From NCBI GenBank assembly GCA_010015585.1, contig ML975171.1: 64,000 nt of DNA; one strand, given 5' to 3'. This document shows positions 1-8,770 of the stretch, one piece after another. Made by a program: the position numbers and the translations under genes. Numbering within the stretch: the first letter of the stretch is position 1; each line of letters starts with the position of its first letter. The notes under the pieces were generated by a model that saw only the letters and a program-made list of their open reading frames with translations, did no database searches and was not told where the DNA came from. Origin of the DNA: Eremomyces bilateralis CBS 781.70. Lineage: Eukaryota.

Positions 1-240
1 ACGTCGACGCTAGGTTGGCCATGCTGCTCAGCGTGGAAGAATGCTCTGCGCCAAGTATCCTTGAGCATATCTCTAACTCCTCCGCTTGCAGCTCTTCGGC
101 CTCCTTCCATCGGCCTTGATTCCTGTACGTCGACGCCAGGTTGGCCATGTTGGTCAGTGTGTCTGGATGCTCTGCGCCAAGCTCCTTCTTTTCCATCTCG
201 AGAACCTGGGAATAAGCGACCTCTGCCTCTCTCCATCGTC
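1..240 (-). repeat. 126-bp (42-aa) TPR tandem repeat array of the left NLR (partial)
   Basis: ATGCTCTGCGCCAAG recurs at 41 and 167 (period 126). Confidence 0.9.
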
Positions 241-2305
241 CGTCGGCGTCGAGGCACGTTCCATATCTCCATTGGAGATCTATCCTCTTCTTCAAATCCT
301 TCTGAACGAGGTCAGACTGTAGTACAACGCGCACGTGCGGCAGGTATGCCCTCCATATACTCCTGTTGGAGTGGGTATTGTCGGGGAAAATTTCCTCTAG
401 TCGCACGACTGCTTTCTCTGTCCACTGGACCAGTTGATCGTTCTCCTGAAGCCAGTTCCGAGTAGCTATATACACTAACCGATGAAGATCGACCGTATGA
501 CCTGCTGGACGTTTACTAATAAATGAATACGCGTAAAGCGTCCCGATAGCGTCTACCTCCTTCTTGCGAGATAGGCCGGGTGGAAAAAGACTCTGTGGGA
601 TATCTTTTGGCTCAATACATGCCATTAAAGACAAGTAGTCTGCTGCCAAAGAATCGTGCTGCTGAATTCGCTCGAACGATATTAGCCATGTTGTGGCTAC
701 TGGGTTCTTGATATTGCGGTATCTGCCGTCATCTTCAAAGTCTTCGCTCAGAAGTTCAATCATAGACTCATCCTGCTCATCAAGTAAGGAAAGATAGTCC
801 GCGATCGAGGTGCCGTTCGCATTGATATACGCTGCCGCCTGAACAATGGCGAGCGGGAGGTAAGTTAGCTGTATGAGTAAGGAATCAGTATCTGTTTGGC
901 AGGCAGCTACATCGTGTCCGATCAAGCATTTCTGTAATAGCTCTGAAGCCACCTCTGCGTTCATTTCCTGTACTTCTACCAAGTTCTGAGACGCCAGCTT
1001 GGTAGCAGCCTTCCTATCTCGCGTAGTAAAGAGGATACTTCCTCGCCTGCTCTTTGGAAGGTAGTCGAGGAGACGGAATGATTGTCTCTCAGCTGGTTTT
1101 CCCATCCACATATCCAAGTCGTCGGCGTTGTCAAACACCAGGAGCCACTGGCCCGCGCTTTCGTTACTGAGGTAGTTCTGAACTAGACGTTTCACGTCTG
1201 CTCCTTGCTCGTCTTTTCCAGGTATATCCAACTCTTCGGCGACTGCCGAGTACGCCTGAAGAAGGGTTTCGGGATCGGTTGCGGGAATCCAAAATACTGA
1301 GCAGTCCCTCTGTTTCTCCATGGTCCGATAGACCGTCTCAATCGCTAATTGTGTCTTCCCTACGCCTCCAAGCCCTGTAATTGCGACCTTTACGGTTTGG
1401 CCATGTCGAAAAAGTAGTTTTTCAATTCTAGAGAGTTCGGATTCGCGACCGGTGAAGCGAAGATTGCGCTCAAAGGGAATAGTACGTGCTAGCTTTTCGT
1501 CTAAACAATGGAACACATTAGCAAATGGAGATACAACATGAATAACAAAGACCTCACATGACCGCGATTTATGCTCAGAGTCCTTGATCTCTCGTCGCAA
1601 CCTTCTCATTGCATTCTCTTGCCCTTCGCCATATATAAGTGGCAAGAAAATGCCGAAAATTCCGAGGAGACAGTATGCCATGTCCTCCTCTTCGGTCGTT
1701 TGTCGCTTCTCGACCCATCGAAACCTCTCCTCAACGCTGAAGTCATGGAGAGGACGACGTTGGAGTGCCTCTATGGCGATTCCTGTTTCCTCGCAGATAT
1801 GTCGTTCAAGTGACTTTCTATCACCTAATCGGACGTGATCTCGGGAATAGAATTCGACTATTTTCGGCGCGAGAAGCTCTTGGAGTGTCCATCCTCGTCT
1901 AAACCATCGGTTATTGCGCAAAGACGACTCCCACTCGATATGTGCAGCCTGCCTATCCTGCGTGCGCACTGAAACGTCTAAGAGATAGACGTAGCATCGC
2001 GCTGCATTCTGGTACCAGCGAAACATAGAGTTTATCGCCTTCGTAAGTTCGTTGGGATCTGACTTGTCGATGCAGCATGTATCCACCCAGAAATAGGATA
2101 GACCGTCGGATTTGGCTTGACCCCCGCAGAATACCAGCTTGTGGTATCCAGCCTTATTCTTTCCAACACCGCCCACAACGTCCTTGAATGTGACTTCATC
2201 GCTGTCGCTTCCCCATGTATGAGAAAGTATGGCATAAGGAGGGATCGTGGTTCCGAAGGTCTCCAGGGTGAACCCGCCGTTGCCGTTGAGCTTTAAGAGG
2301 CGCAT
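1..2305 (-). CDS. NLR-like protein, HET - NB-ARC - TPR architecture (3' end runs off the window)
   Basis: Manual translation from ATG 2305: MRLLKLNGNGGFTLETFGTTIPPYAILSHTWG...FWVDTCCIDKSDPNELTKAINSMFRWYQNA (HET domain), IPFERNLRFTGRE, Walker A GLGGVGKT, Walker B LLVFDNADD, then 42-aa TPR units (LGAEHPDTLTNMANLASTYRNQGRWKEAEEL). Absent from the ORF track, consistent with no stop before the window edge. Candidate in-frame intron at 1501-1557. Confidence 0.93.
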   Translation of the reverse strand, partial: MRLLKLNGNGGFTLETFGTTIPPYAILSHTWGSDSDEVTFKDVVGGVGKNKAGYHKLVFCGGQAKSDGLSYFWVDTCCIDKSDPNELTKAINSMFRWYQNAARCYVYLLDVSVRTQDRQAAHIEWESSLRNNRWFRRGWTLQELLAPKIVEFYSRDHVRLGDRKSLERHICEETGIAIEALQRRPLHDFSVEERFRWVEKRQTTEEEDMAYCLLGIFGIFLPLIYGEGQENAMRRLRREIKDSEHKSRSCEVFVIHVVSPFANVFHCLDEKLARTIPFERNLRFTGRESELSRIEKLLFRHGQTVKVAITGLGGVGKTQLAIETVYRTMEKQRDCSVFWIPATDPETLLQAYSAVAEELDIPGKDEQGADVKRLVQNYLSNESAGQWLLVFDNADDLDMWMGKPAERQSFRLLDYLPKSRRGSILFTTRDRKAATKLASQNLVEVQEMNAEVASELLQKCLIGHDVAACQTDTDSLLIQLTYLPLAIVQAAAYINANGTSIADYLSLLDEQDESMIELLSEDFEDDGRYRNIKNPVATTWLISFERIQQHDSLAADYLSLMACIEPKDIPQSLFPPGLSRKKEVDAIGTLYAYSFISKRPAGHTVDLHRLVYIATRNWLQENDQLVQWTEKAVVRLEEIFPDNTHSNRSIWRAYLPHVRVVLQSDLVQKDLKKRIDLQWRYGTCLDADGRWREAEVAYSQVLEMEKKELGAEHPDTLTNMANLASTYRNQGRWKEAEELQAEELEICSRILGAEHSSTLSSMANLAST

Positions 2306-2611
2306 CGTTGGCCGTAGTAATCGACAGAGATTGTCATTATCGAGGAATCGTGACTGCTAGTCTGGGATATTCGAACAGCAGATTAGCAGGGTCGTAGACG
2401 CATCAAGACGAACCGCGACGATGTGAGGGGCTGACGGCTGACTTTTGTTCAAGATCATCTTAGATGGGGGTCATCGAAAAGCACGGATGTGCGGTGGTCA
2501 TTCAAATTCATATATCGACACAGTAATTATGAAAATACCTTCCAGGTTCCTGCTCTAGTCCCATCTAATTACTGTTCCTTCACACAGGGACACTCCACCC
2601 CACCCATAGAA

Positions 2612-2731
2612 TTATAAGAATTACAATATGTGTGGAGACTCTGAGTTGGGTTTGAAGTCAAAGTAATTACCCCGGATTCGTCCAAGCACAGCGGGTGTCC
2701 GATCAGTCCATCATGCAGTGGGGAAGGTTCG
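2612..2731 (+). repeat. Copy 1 of a ~110-bp dispersed repeat
   Basis: TTATAAGAATTACAATATG...CTGAG...TTTGAAGTCAAAGTA...GATTCGTCCAAGCACAGCGGGTGT...CCATCATGCAG...GGAAGGTT aligns with 2929-3035 (reverse) and 8662-8770. Confidence 0.85.
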
Positions 2732-2928
2732 TTGAATTTTCAAGAGTTCAAGACCAAGACCGACATCCACGATGTGCTAGCCATCCAGTCTAGCAAATAC
2801 TCCCGAATTCTGGGTCTTAAGGATGATGACTGCGGACTGGAGCTATCCATCTCGAGCAGTCTGGGACCTCACTACATCTACAATAGTAAGACAAAGCCCC
2901 ATCTCGCACATTCAAGTAACAAGATCTT

Positions 2929-3035
2929 CGTAACCTCCCCCCTGCGTGATGGAACACTCGCCGTGCTGGGACGAATCCAAGGTACTTTAACTTCAAACCG
3001 ACTCAGAGTCTGCACACACCTTATAATTCTTCTAA
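2929..3035 (-). repeat. Copy 2 (inverted) of the ~110-bp repeat
   Basis: Reverse complement reads TTAGAAGAATTATAAGGTGTGTGCAGACTCTGAGTCGGTTTGAAGTTAAAGTACCTTGGATTCGTCCCAGCACGGCGAGTGTTCCATCACGCAGGGG...GAGGTTACG. Confidence 0.85.
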
Positions 3036-3528
3036 TACTGTAAACTATGTTCTTCAACCAGTTCCCAATGTGCGGGACTATATCTACCTTCAATATTACA
3101 AAAGCCTGGTTACTAGTCGGCTAATTTCCGCAGAGTAATCGGAGTGCACTTGAGACGGCGTGGCAGTATTTTATGCTACAACGCCACTATCATCGTATTT
3201 TCTTTTAAAAAGATCACAAGCGGAACAAACTCATGCCATAGTATCCCGTTATTATGCTATAAATCCTTCGTCTAAAGTGTACGTTGTGTTGGAAACAATC
3301 TTAAATATTTCTACTACGCCGGTCGGTACTTGTGGTCGATCAAACTTCCGCTTTCGGCGATCCGTACAGCCAGGGGACTATGGATAAGTATTTTTATGGT
3401 AAACTAGCGCTGTCGATCTAAATTCTCTAATAGTGACGATGAAGTGAAGGAGTGAAGAGCGATGGTGGCTTAGAATTTAGAAGGTCCAACAACGAGGCTC
3501 CAACATCAACCTGATTAGTGTCTAGTTA

Positions 3529-5390
3529 AGACAGGACCCCCGGTTTGTAACCACCCCACTTTGTAACCAACTAAACCCCCTCAATCTGGAGATGAGACAG
3601 ATCAATAAAATACATCTACCACCACACAATCATGCTGTAACTGTGTCGAAATGCCTCCAGTTAATGAAGAGGCTATAAAGCTCGCGATTCAGGCTTATAT
3701 TAATAAAGAATTTGACTCTATACATAAGTGCGCGGACCAGTACGGTGTTACCTACTCCACGCTCCAAAAGCGCCTCCAAAACGACCGCCAATCGCACCAA
3801 ATTGGTGCTCAAAAGCTCCAGAAGCTGTCTCCTGTACAAGAACGATATCTAGCGGAATGGATAGCCCTGGAAGACCGGGCTTCGAATGCCCCCTCCCACG
3901 GCAGGGTTCGTCAAATGGCAGAAGCAATTGCCCGCGAAAATGGTGACCACACGCCTTGCGGGAAGAACTGGGTGGACGGATTCCTCAAGCGAAATCCCCA
4001 TATAAAAACTATGGTGGGCAAATCAATCGAAGCTTCCCGCGTAAATTGTTCGTCCAAGGAAATCATAGCGGCCTGGTTCAACCTTCTCCAGAGCCTGATC
4101 GACCAGTTTCACATCAAAACGGAGAATATCTGGAATTTCGACGAGCACGGGATTGCGCTTGGGTGCGGCGTAAATGGGCGTGTCTTAGCACCAATACAAG
4201 AGAAAAAGATGGGGAAGAACAGCAGGAAAAAGACCTATATCAAGACTCCGGAGGACCGCGAGTGGGTCTCCGTCATTGAGGCCATTTCAGCCGTTGGCCG
4301 CGCGATCTCTCCGCTCATCATCTTCAAGGGCAAAAACCTCCAATCTACGTGGTTCCCTGCGGATCTCTCGAGCACGAAGGACTGGCATTGGACAGTTTCA
4401 GAGAACGCCTGGACGTCAAACGAAATCGGGCTCAAATGGTTGGAGAAGAAGTTCCTCCCGGAGACCGCACCAAAAGACCGTACGGAATGGCGTCTCCTAA
4501 TTTGCGATGGGCACGGATCGCACGCGACGGTCGAGTTCATGAAGAAGTGTAAGGATAATAAGGTAATTGTCCTATATCTCCCTCCCCATTGCTCCCATCT
4601 GCTTCAGCCCCTAGATGTCGCTTGTTTTTCGGCCCTGAAGAGTAAATATCGCAAGGAATTAACCCAATTGAGCTCCCTCGACGACTCTGCCCCAGTTAAG
4701 AAGCATAATTTTATAAACATTTATAATAAATCCCGCATTGAAGCTTTGATAAACCATAATATCCGCGCTGGGTTCAGAGGCACCGGAATCTGCCCATTCA
4801 ACCCACACAAAGTATTAAATAGCACCCAATTAAACGAGAACCATACTATACAACGTCATGTGACCCCAGAGCCCATATATGATTATATATTTAATACACC
4901 CAAAGGCCCAAAAGACGTGTATACGGGGAAAAAGTTTGAGGACATGTCTGGACGGGATTTCAGGGGTTTACAGGGGAAATTGGCCAAGGCACTCTCAAAG
5001 AAGAACGTCGAAATCGCAGCACTGAAAGCGCAAGTTGCAAAGCTCGAAAAATCACTGGAAGACATAGGCGGATTGTCTAAGAAAAGGAAAAGAGTCCAAG
5101 TCGACCAAAATGAGCGATTTGCGACGATTGATCAGATTGTTGCTGCGCAAGAAGAAGCAAGACAAGCGGAGCTGAAGGAGGCGAAGAAGAAGCCCAAATT
5201 TGACGCGCAAAAAATTTCGGACGAGCTGCAAAAAGCAGAATTCGAATCACTTTGCTCACAGTTTCAGATATAATATATAAATTTCAATATTGGTGGAGTT
5301 ATTATACAGAATCTATAGTCCTCTGTTGTTGGTGTTGCTGCGTGTGAAGTGGTTACAAATCGGGGTGGTTACAAACCGGGGGTCCTGTCT
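3529..5390 (+). mobile_element. Full-length Tc1/mariner-superfamily Fot1/pogo-like DNA transposon, 1,862 bp
   Basis: 41-bp TIRs AGACAGGACCCCCGGTTTGTAACCACCCC..TTTGTAACCA at 3529-3569 and 5350-5390 (39/41 identical). TA duplication at 3527-3528 and 5391-5392. Internal transposase ORF. Confidence 0.96.
3651..5273 (+). CDS. Fot1/pogo-type DDE transposase (HTH + CENP-B-like HTH + DDE_1)
   Basis: 540-aa uninterrupted ORF with A..YGV.YSTL HTH, GKNWVDGFLKRNP, and catalytic motifs WNFDEHG / ICDGHGSH / QPLDV. Confidence 0.95.
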   Translation: MPPVNEEAIKLAIQAYINKEFDSIHKCADQYGVTYSTLQKRLQNDRQSHQIGAQKLQKLSPVQERYLAEWIALEDRASNAPSHGRVRQMAEAIARENGDHTPCGKNWVDGFLKRNPHIKTMVGKSIEASRVNCSSKEIIAAWFNLLQSLIDQFHIKTENIWNFDEHGIALGCGVNGRVLAPIQEKKMGKNSRKKTYIKTPEDREWVSVIEAISAVGRAISPLIIFKGKNLQSTWFPADLSSTKDWHWTVSENAWTSNEIGLKWLEKKFLPETAPKDRTEWRLLICDGHGSHATVEFMKKCKDNKVIVLYLPPHCSHLLQPLDVACFSALKSKYRKELTQLSSLDDSAPVKKHNFINIYNKSRIEALINHNIRAGFRGTGICPFNPHKVLNSTQLNENHTIQRHVTPEPIYDYIFNTPKGPKDVYTGKKFEDMSGRDFRGLQGKLAKALSKKNVEIAALKAQVAKLEKSLEDIGGLSKKRKRVQVDQNERFATIDQIVAAQEEARQAELKEAKKKPKFDAQKISDELQKAEFESLCSQFQI

Positions 5391-5625
5391 TACCTAACTA
5401 TTTGCTATAACTAACTACGGCTCTACTCTAACGCCGCCTTGGCTAGGCGCGGCTCTGCTACTCCGCCTCCCTTGCTGCCAGTCGTCAGCCCATATATACC
5501 CCAATCCATCCCAACTTCGAGTGCTTGTAAAGGCATCTCTGCGATGAATTGGTTCGATTGCCATCGGGTTCATGGCTCAAATCATCCTCTCGTGAGGCCC
5601 ACGCCTTCTTAAATCCAGTGTAACA

Positions 5626-8496
5626 ATGCGCCTTTTACAACTCGACGATTACCCCAGCTTCAGCCTGGCCGAGTTTGCCGAAGATGAGGTTCCTCGCTAT
5701 GCCATACTCTCGCACACTTGGGGACATGACGGCGATGAAGTCACGTACAAAGACATCACAGATGGCACTGGAAGTGGCAAGGCTGGCTACGACAAGCTCC
5801 ACTTCTGCGCAGTCCAAGCCAAGACTGACGGGCTGGGCTACTGCTGGATAGACACCTGTTGTATCGACAAGACAAATGCCGCCGAGCTTACCGAAAGTAT
5901 CAACTCCATGTTTCGATGGTACCAGAATGCCATCAAATGCTATGTTTTCCTTACGGATGTCTCGGCTTCTATGAGCGAAGATGACAGAGACTCCCAGCTA
6001 CGGAATAGTCGGTGGTTCACTCGAGGCTGGACGATACAAGAGCTCATTGCTCCCCGATGCGTCGAATTTTTCTCGCAAAAGCGCGAGCTGCTTGGAGACA
6101 GAAAGTCGCTAGAAAAGCAGATTCACCAAGTTGCTGGCATTTCCATTCACGCGCTTCGAGGGGAGCCGCTGTCTCACTTTACTATCGATGAGCGCATGTT
6201 ATGGGCGGCAAACAGAATAACCAAGCGACCCGAAGACAAAGTTTACTCTCTGCTTGGAGTTTTCGATATTCATATGGAAGCTATTTACGGCGAGGGCGAG
6301 CATCACGCATTTCGGCGGCTCCTTAGGGAGCTCGAGAGATATTCGGAAAACCACCAGTTAAGCGAGTTGTTTCGGGATCAACTACTAGTATCCTCCGCCA
6401 GACAGCCAAAAACACCCCTAGAAAATCCGACATGGGTTGTGCCGTTTGAGCGGAACTCTCGCTTCACTGGCCGTGAGCCTGAGCTGGCTCGGCTCGAAGA
6501 AATGCTGTTCAGCAAGCATCGTACCGCGAAGCTTGCGATCACTGGACTTGGAGGTGTAGGAAAGACCCAGCTTGTTATCGAGCTGCTGTACCGCGTCGCC
6601 GACAAGCAAAAGCACTGCTCGGTTATCTGGATTTCCGCAGTCAACATGGAAAGCCTACACCAATCATACTTGGACGCTACTCGGCAGCTTGGCATATCTG
6701 GATTTAAAGACAACAAGGCGGATATAAAGAGACTGGTGCAGGACCATCTGAGCAAAGAAAGTACAGGGCGGTGGCTGCTAGTGTTCGACAATGCCGACGA
6801 CATCTATATGTGGATTGCCAAGGCTGGACCTGGGCTGCAGCAGCCTGGGCAGGGATCGCACCCTTTGATCGACTACCTCCCAAAGAGTAAGCAAGGAGCT
6901 GTTATATTCACGACGCGGGACAGGAAGATAGCAGTCAAGCTCGCGCAACAGGACGTCGTGGACGTTCCGGAGATGGGAGAAGACGCGGCTTCCCAATTAC
7001 TAGGGAAGTGCCTGGTTAATACGGAGCTCGCCAAAAGCGGGAAAGAGACGGGTGCACTCCTTTTACAGCTCACCTACCTTCCGCTAGCCATTGTCCAGGC
7101 AGCGGCGTACATTAATGAGAATGCAATATTACTTACAGACTATCTGTCGCTCCTGGTCGAACAGGAGGAAGAGGTGATTGATCTCCTTAGCGAGGAGTTT
7201 GAAGACGACGGGAGGTATCGCGATATCAAGAATCCGGTAGCCACAACGTGGTTAATCTCGTTTGATCAAATCCGGCGGCGCGATCGGCTGGCGGCCGATT
7301 ACTTGTCGTTTATGGCCTGTGTAGAGCCAAAGGACATTCCACAGTCTCTTCTTCCGCCAGGGGCGTCGCGGAAGAAGGAGGTGGAAGCGATCGGAACACT
7401 TACCGCGTATTCGTTCGTCAATAGGCGGCCGGCCGACGAGTACCTCGATCTCCATCGGCTGGTGCATTTAGCAACGCGGAACTGGTTGCGGAAAGAAGAG
7501 CTGCTTGCGCAATTAACCGAGAAAACTATTATGCGACTAGAAGAAGTTTTCCCCGATGATAACCACGAGAACCGAAGCGTCTGGAGGGCTTACCTACCCC
7601 ATGCGCGCTATATGCTAGGGTCCAATCTTGTGGATAAAGATTGGAAACCCAGGATGGATCTTATGTGGAGGTACGGAATGTGTCTTTACAAAGATGGACG
7701 ATGGAATGAGGCTGAAGAACCGATTAATCAAGTGTTCGATATGGAGAAAAGAGTGCTTGGCGCGGAGCATCCCTCCACGCTGACCAGTATGGCCAACCTG
7801 GCGTCGACGTACAGGAATCAAGGCCGGTGGAAGGAGGCCGAAGAGCTGGAGGTGCAAGTGATGGAGACAAGAAAGAGGGTACTTGGCGCAGAGCATCCAG
7901 ACACGCTGAGCAGCATGGCCAATCTAGCGTCGACGTTTTGGAATCAAGGCCGATGGAAGGAGGCCGAAGAGNNNNNNNNNNNNNNNNNNNNNNNNNNNNN
8001 NNNNNNNNNNNNNNNNNNNNNNNNNNNNNNNNNNNNNNNNNNNNNNNNNNNNNNNNNNNNNNNNNNNNNNNNNNNNNNNNNNNNNNNNNNNNNNNNNNNN
8101 NNNNNNNNNNNNNNNNNNNNNNNNNNNNNNNNNNNNNNNNNNNNNNNNNNNNNNNNNNNNNNNNNNNNNNNNNNNNNNNNNNNCACGCTGACCAGCATGG
8201 CCAACCTGGCGTCGACGTTTTCGAATCAAGGCCGATGGAATGAGGCCGAAGAGTTAGAGGTGCAAGTGATGGAGACGAGAAAGAAGGTGCTTGGCGCAAA
8301 GCATCCAGACACGCTGACCAGCATGAACAATCTTGCCTTCACGTGGAAAGCGCAGGGTCGAGATCCAGAGGCTATCGGTCTAATGACGGAGTGTACACGG
8401 TTTCGAGAACGGGTTATAGGGGCTACCCATCCGCATTTCATTTCTTCCTCGAAAATCTTAGCGGATTGGGGCTTGAATGAGGCGCTCGTAAAATAG
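5626..8496 (+). CDS. NLR-like protein, HET - NB-ARC - TPR architecture (assembly gap in the TPR array)
   Basis: MRLL..YAILSHTWG..WIDTCCIDK..ELTESINSMFRWY..WFTRGWTIQELIAP (HET); VPFERNSRFTGRE; GLGGVGKT; WLLVFDNADD; LPLAIVQAAAYI; LHRLVH; TPR units LGAEHP(S/D)TL(T/S)SMANLAST..NQGRW.EAEEL. N-run at 7972-8183. Confidence 0.95.
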   Translation: MRLLQLDDYPSFSLAEFAEDEVPRYAILSHTWGHDGDEVTYKDITDGTGSGKAGYDKLHFCAVQAKTDGLGYCWIDTCCIDKTNAAELTESINSMFRWYQNAIKCYVFLTDVSASMSEDDRDSQLRNSRWFTRGWTIQELIAPRCVEFFSQKRELLGDRKSLEKQIHQVAGISIHALRGEPLSHFTIDERMLWAANRITKRPEDKVYSLLGVFDIHMEAIYGEGEHHAFRRLLRELERYSENHQLSELFRDQLLVSSARQPKTPLENPTWVVPFERNSRFTGREPELARLEEMLFSKHRTAKLAITGLGGVGKTQLVIELLYRVADKQKHCSVIWISAVNMESLHQSYLDATRQLGISGFKDNKADIKRLVQDHLSKESTGRWLLVFDNADDIYMWIAKAGPGLQQPGQGSHPLIDYLPKSKQGAVIFTTRDRKIAVKLAQQDVVDVPEMGEDAASQLLGKCLVNTELAKSGKETGALLLQLTYLPLAIVQAAAYINENAILLTDYLSLLVEQEEEVIDLLSEEFEDDGRYRDIKNPVATTWLISFDQIRRRDRLAADYLSFMACVEPKDIPQSLLPPGASRKKEVEAIGTLTAYSFVNRRPADEYLDLHRLVHLATRNWLRKEELLAQLTEKTIMRLEEVFPDDNHENRSVWRAYLPHARYMLGSNLVDKDWKPRMDLMWRYGMCLYKDGRWNEAEEPINQVFDMEKRVLGAEHPSTLTSMANLASTYRNQGRWKEAEELEVQVMETRKRVLGAEHPDTLSSMANLASTFWNQGRWKEAEEXXXXXXXXXXXXXXXXXXXXXXXXXXXXXXXXXXXXXXXXXXXXXXXXXXXXXXXXXXXXXXXXXXXXXXXTLTSMANLASTFSNQGRWNEAEELEVQVMETRKKVLGAKHPDTLTSMNNLAFTWKAQGRDPEAIGLMTECTRFRERVIGATHPHFISSSKILADWGLNEALVK
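7696..8350 (+). repeat. 126-bp TPR tandem repeat array of the right NLR
   Basis: CTTGGCGC.GAGCATCC at 7756 and 7882 (period 126), and a further unit after the gap. Confidence 0.9.
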
Positions 8497-8661
8497 AAGA
8501 GAGCAAAGAGCACGAGGAAGATAGCGCTATCGGGTAAAGTACAGTCGCTAAAACCCGAAATATATAGTCAGATGATTACCAGGTCTTCGTGGGGCTTCTA
8601 GAACTTCGTAAGTCTTGACCGTATGCTATATGCATCTCAGAAGCTATGGCAGGAAGTTGTG

Positions 8662-8770
8662 TTATAAGAATTACAATATGCATGGAGCCTCTGAGCTGTT
8701 TGAAGTCAAAGTACCTCGAGTTCGTTCCAGCACGGCGGGTGTTCCATCATGTAGGGGTGGAAGGTTACGT
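8662..8770 (+). repeat. Copy 3 of the ~110-bp repeat
   Basis: TTATAAGAATTACAATATGCATGGAGCCTCTGAGCTGTTTGAAGTCAAAGTACCTCGAGTTCGTTCCAGCACGGCGGGTGTTCCATCATGTAGGGGTGGAAGGTTACGT, about 165 bp after the right NLR stop. Confidence 0.85.

Noticed and set aside
61..2235. Short ORFs listed in the track over the left NLR
   Set aside because: They are antisense or off-frame shadows of the real minus-strand NLR frame, which runs off the window.
2612..2731. 110-bp repeat as 5S rRNA, tRNA or SINE
   Set aside because: No match to the 5S consensus, no cloverleaf, only a weak B-box-like GTTCG/ATTCG, and no poly-T end.
2732..3093. ORFs of 103 aa (+) and 71 aa (-) as a small NLR partner, e.g. an amyloid-motif gene
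   Set aside because: They overlap repeat copy 2, the frame is not preserved in copy 1, and no G/N/Q-rich amyloid signalling motif is visible.
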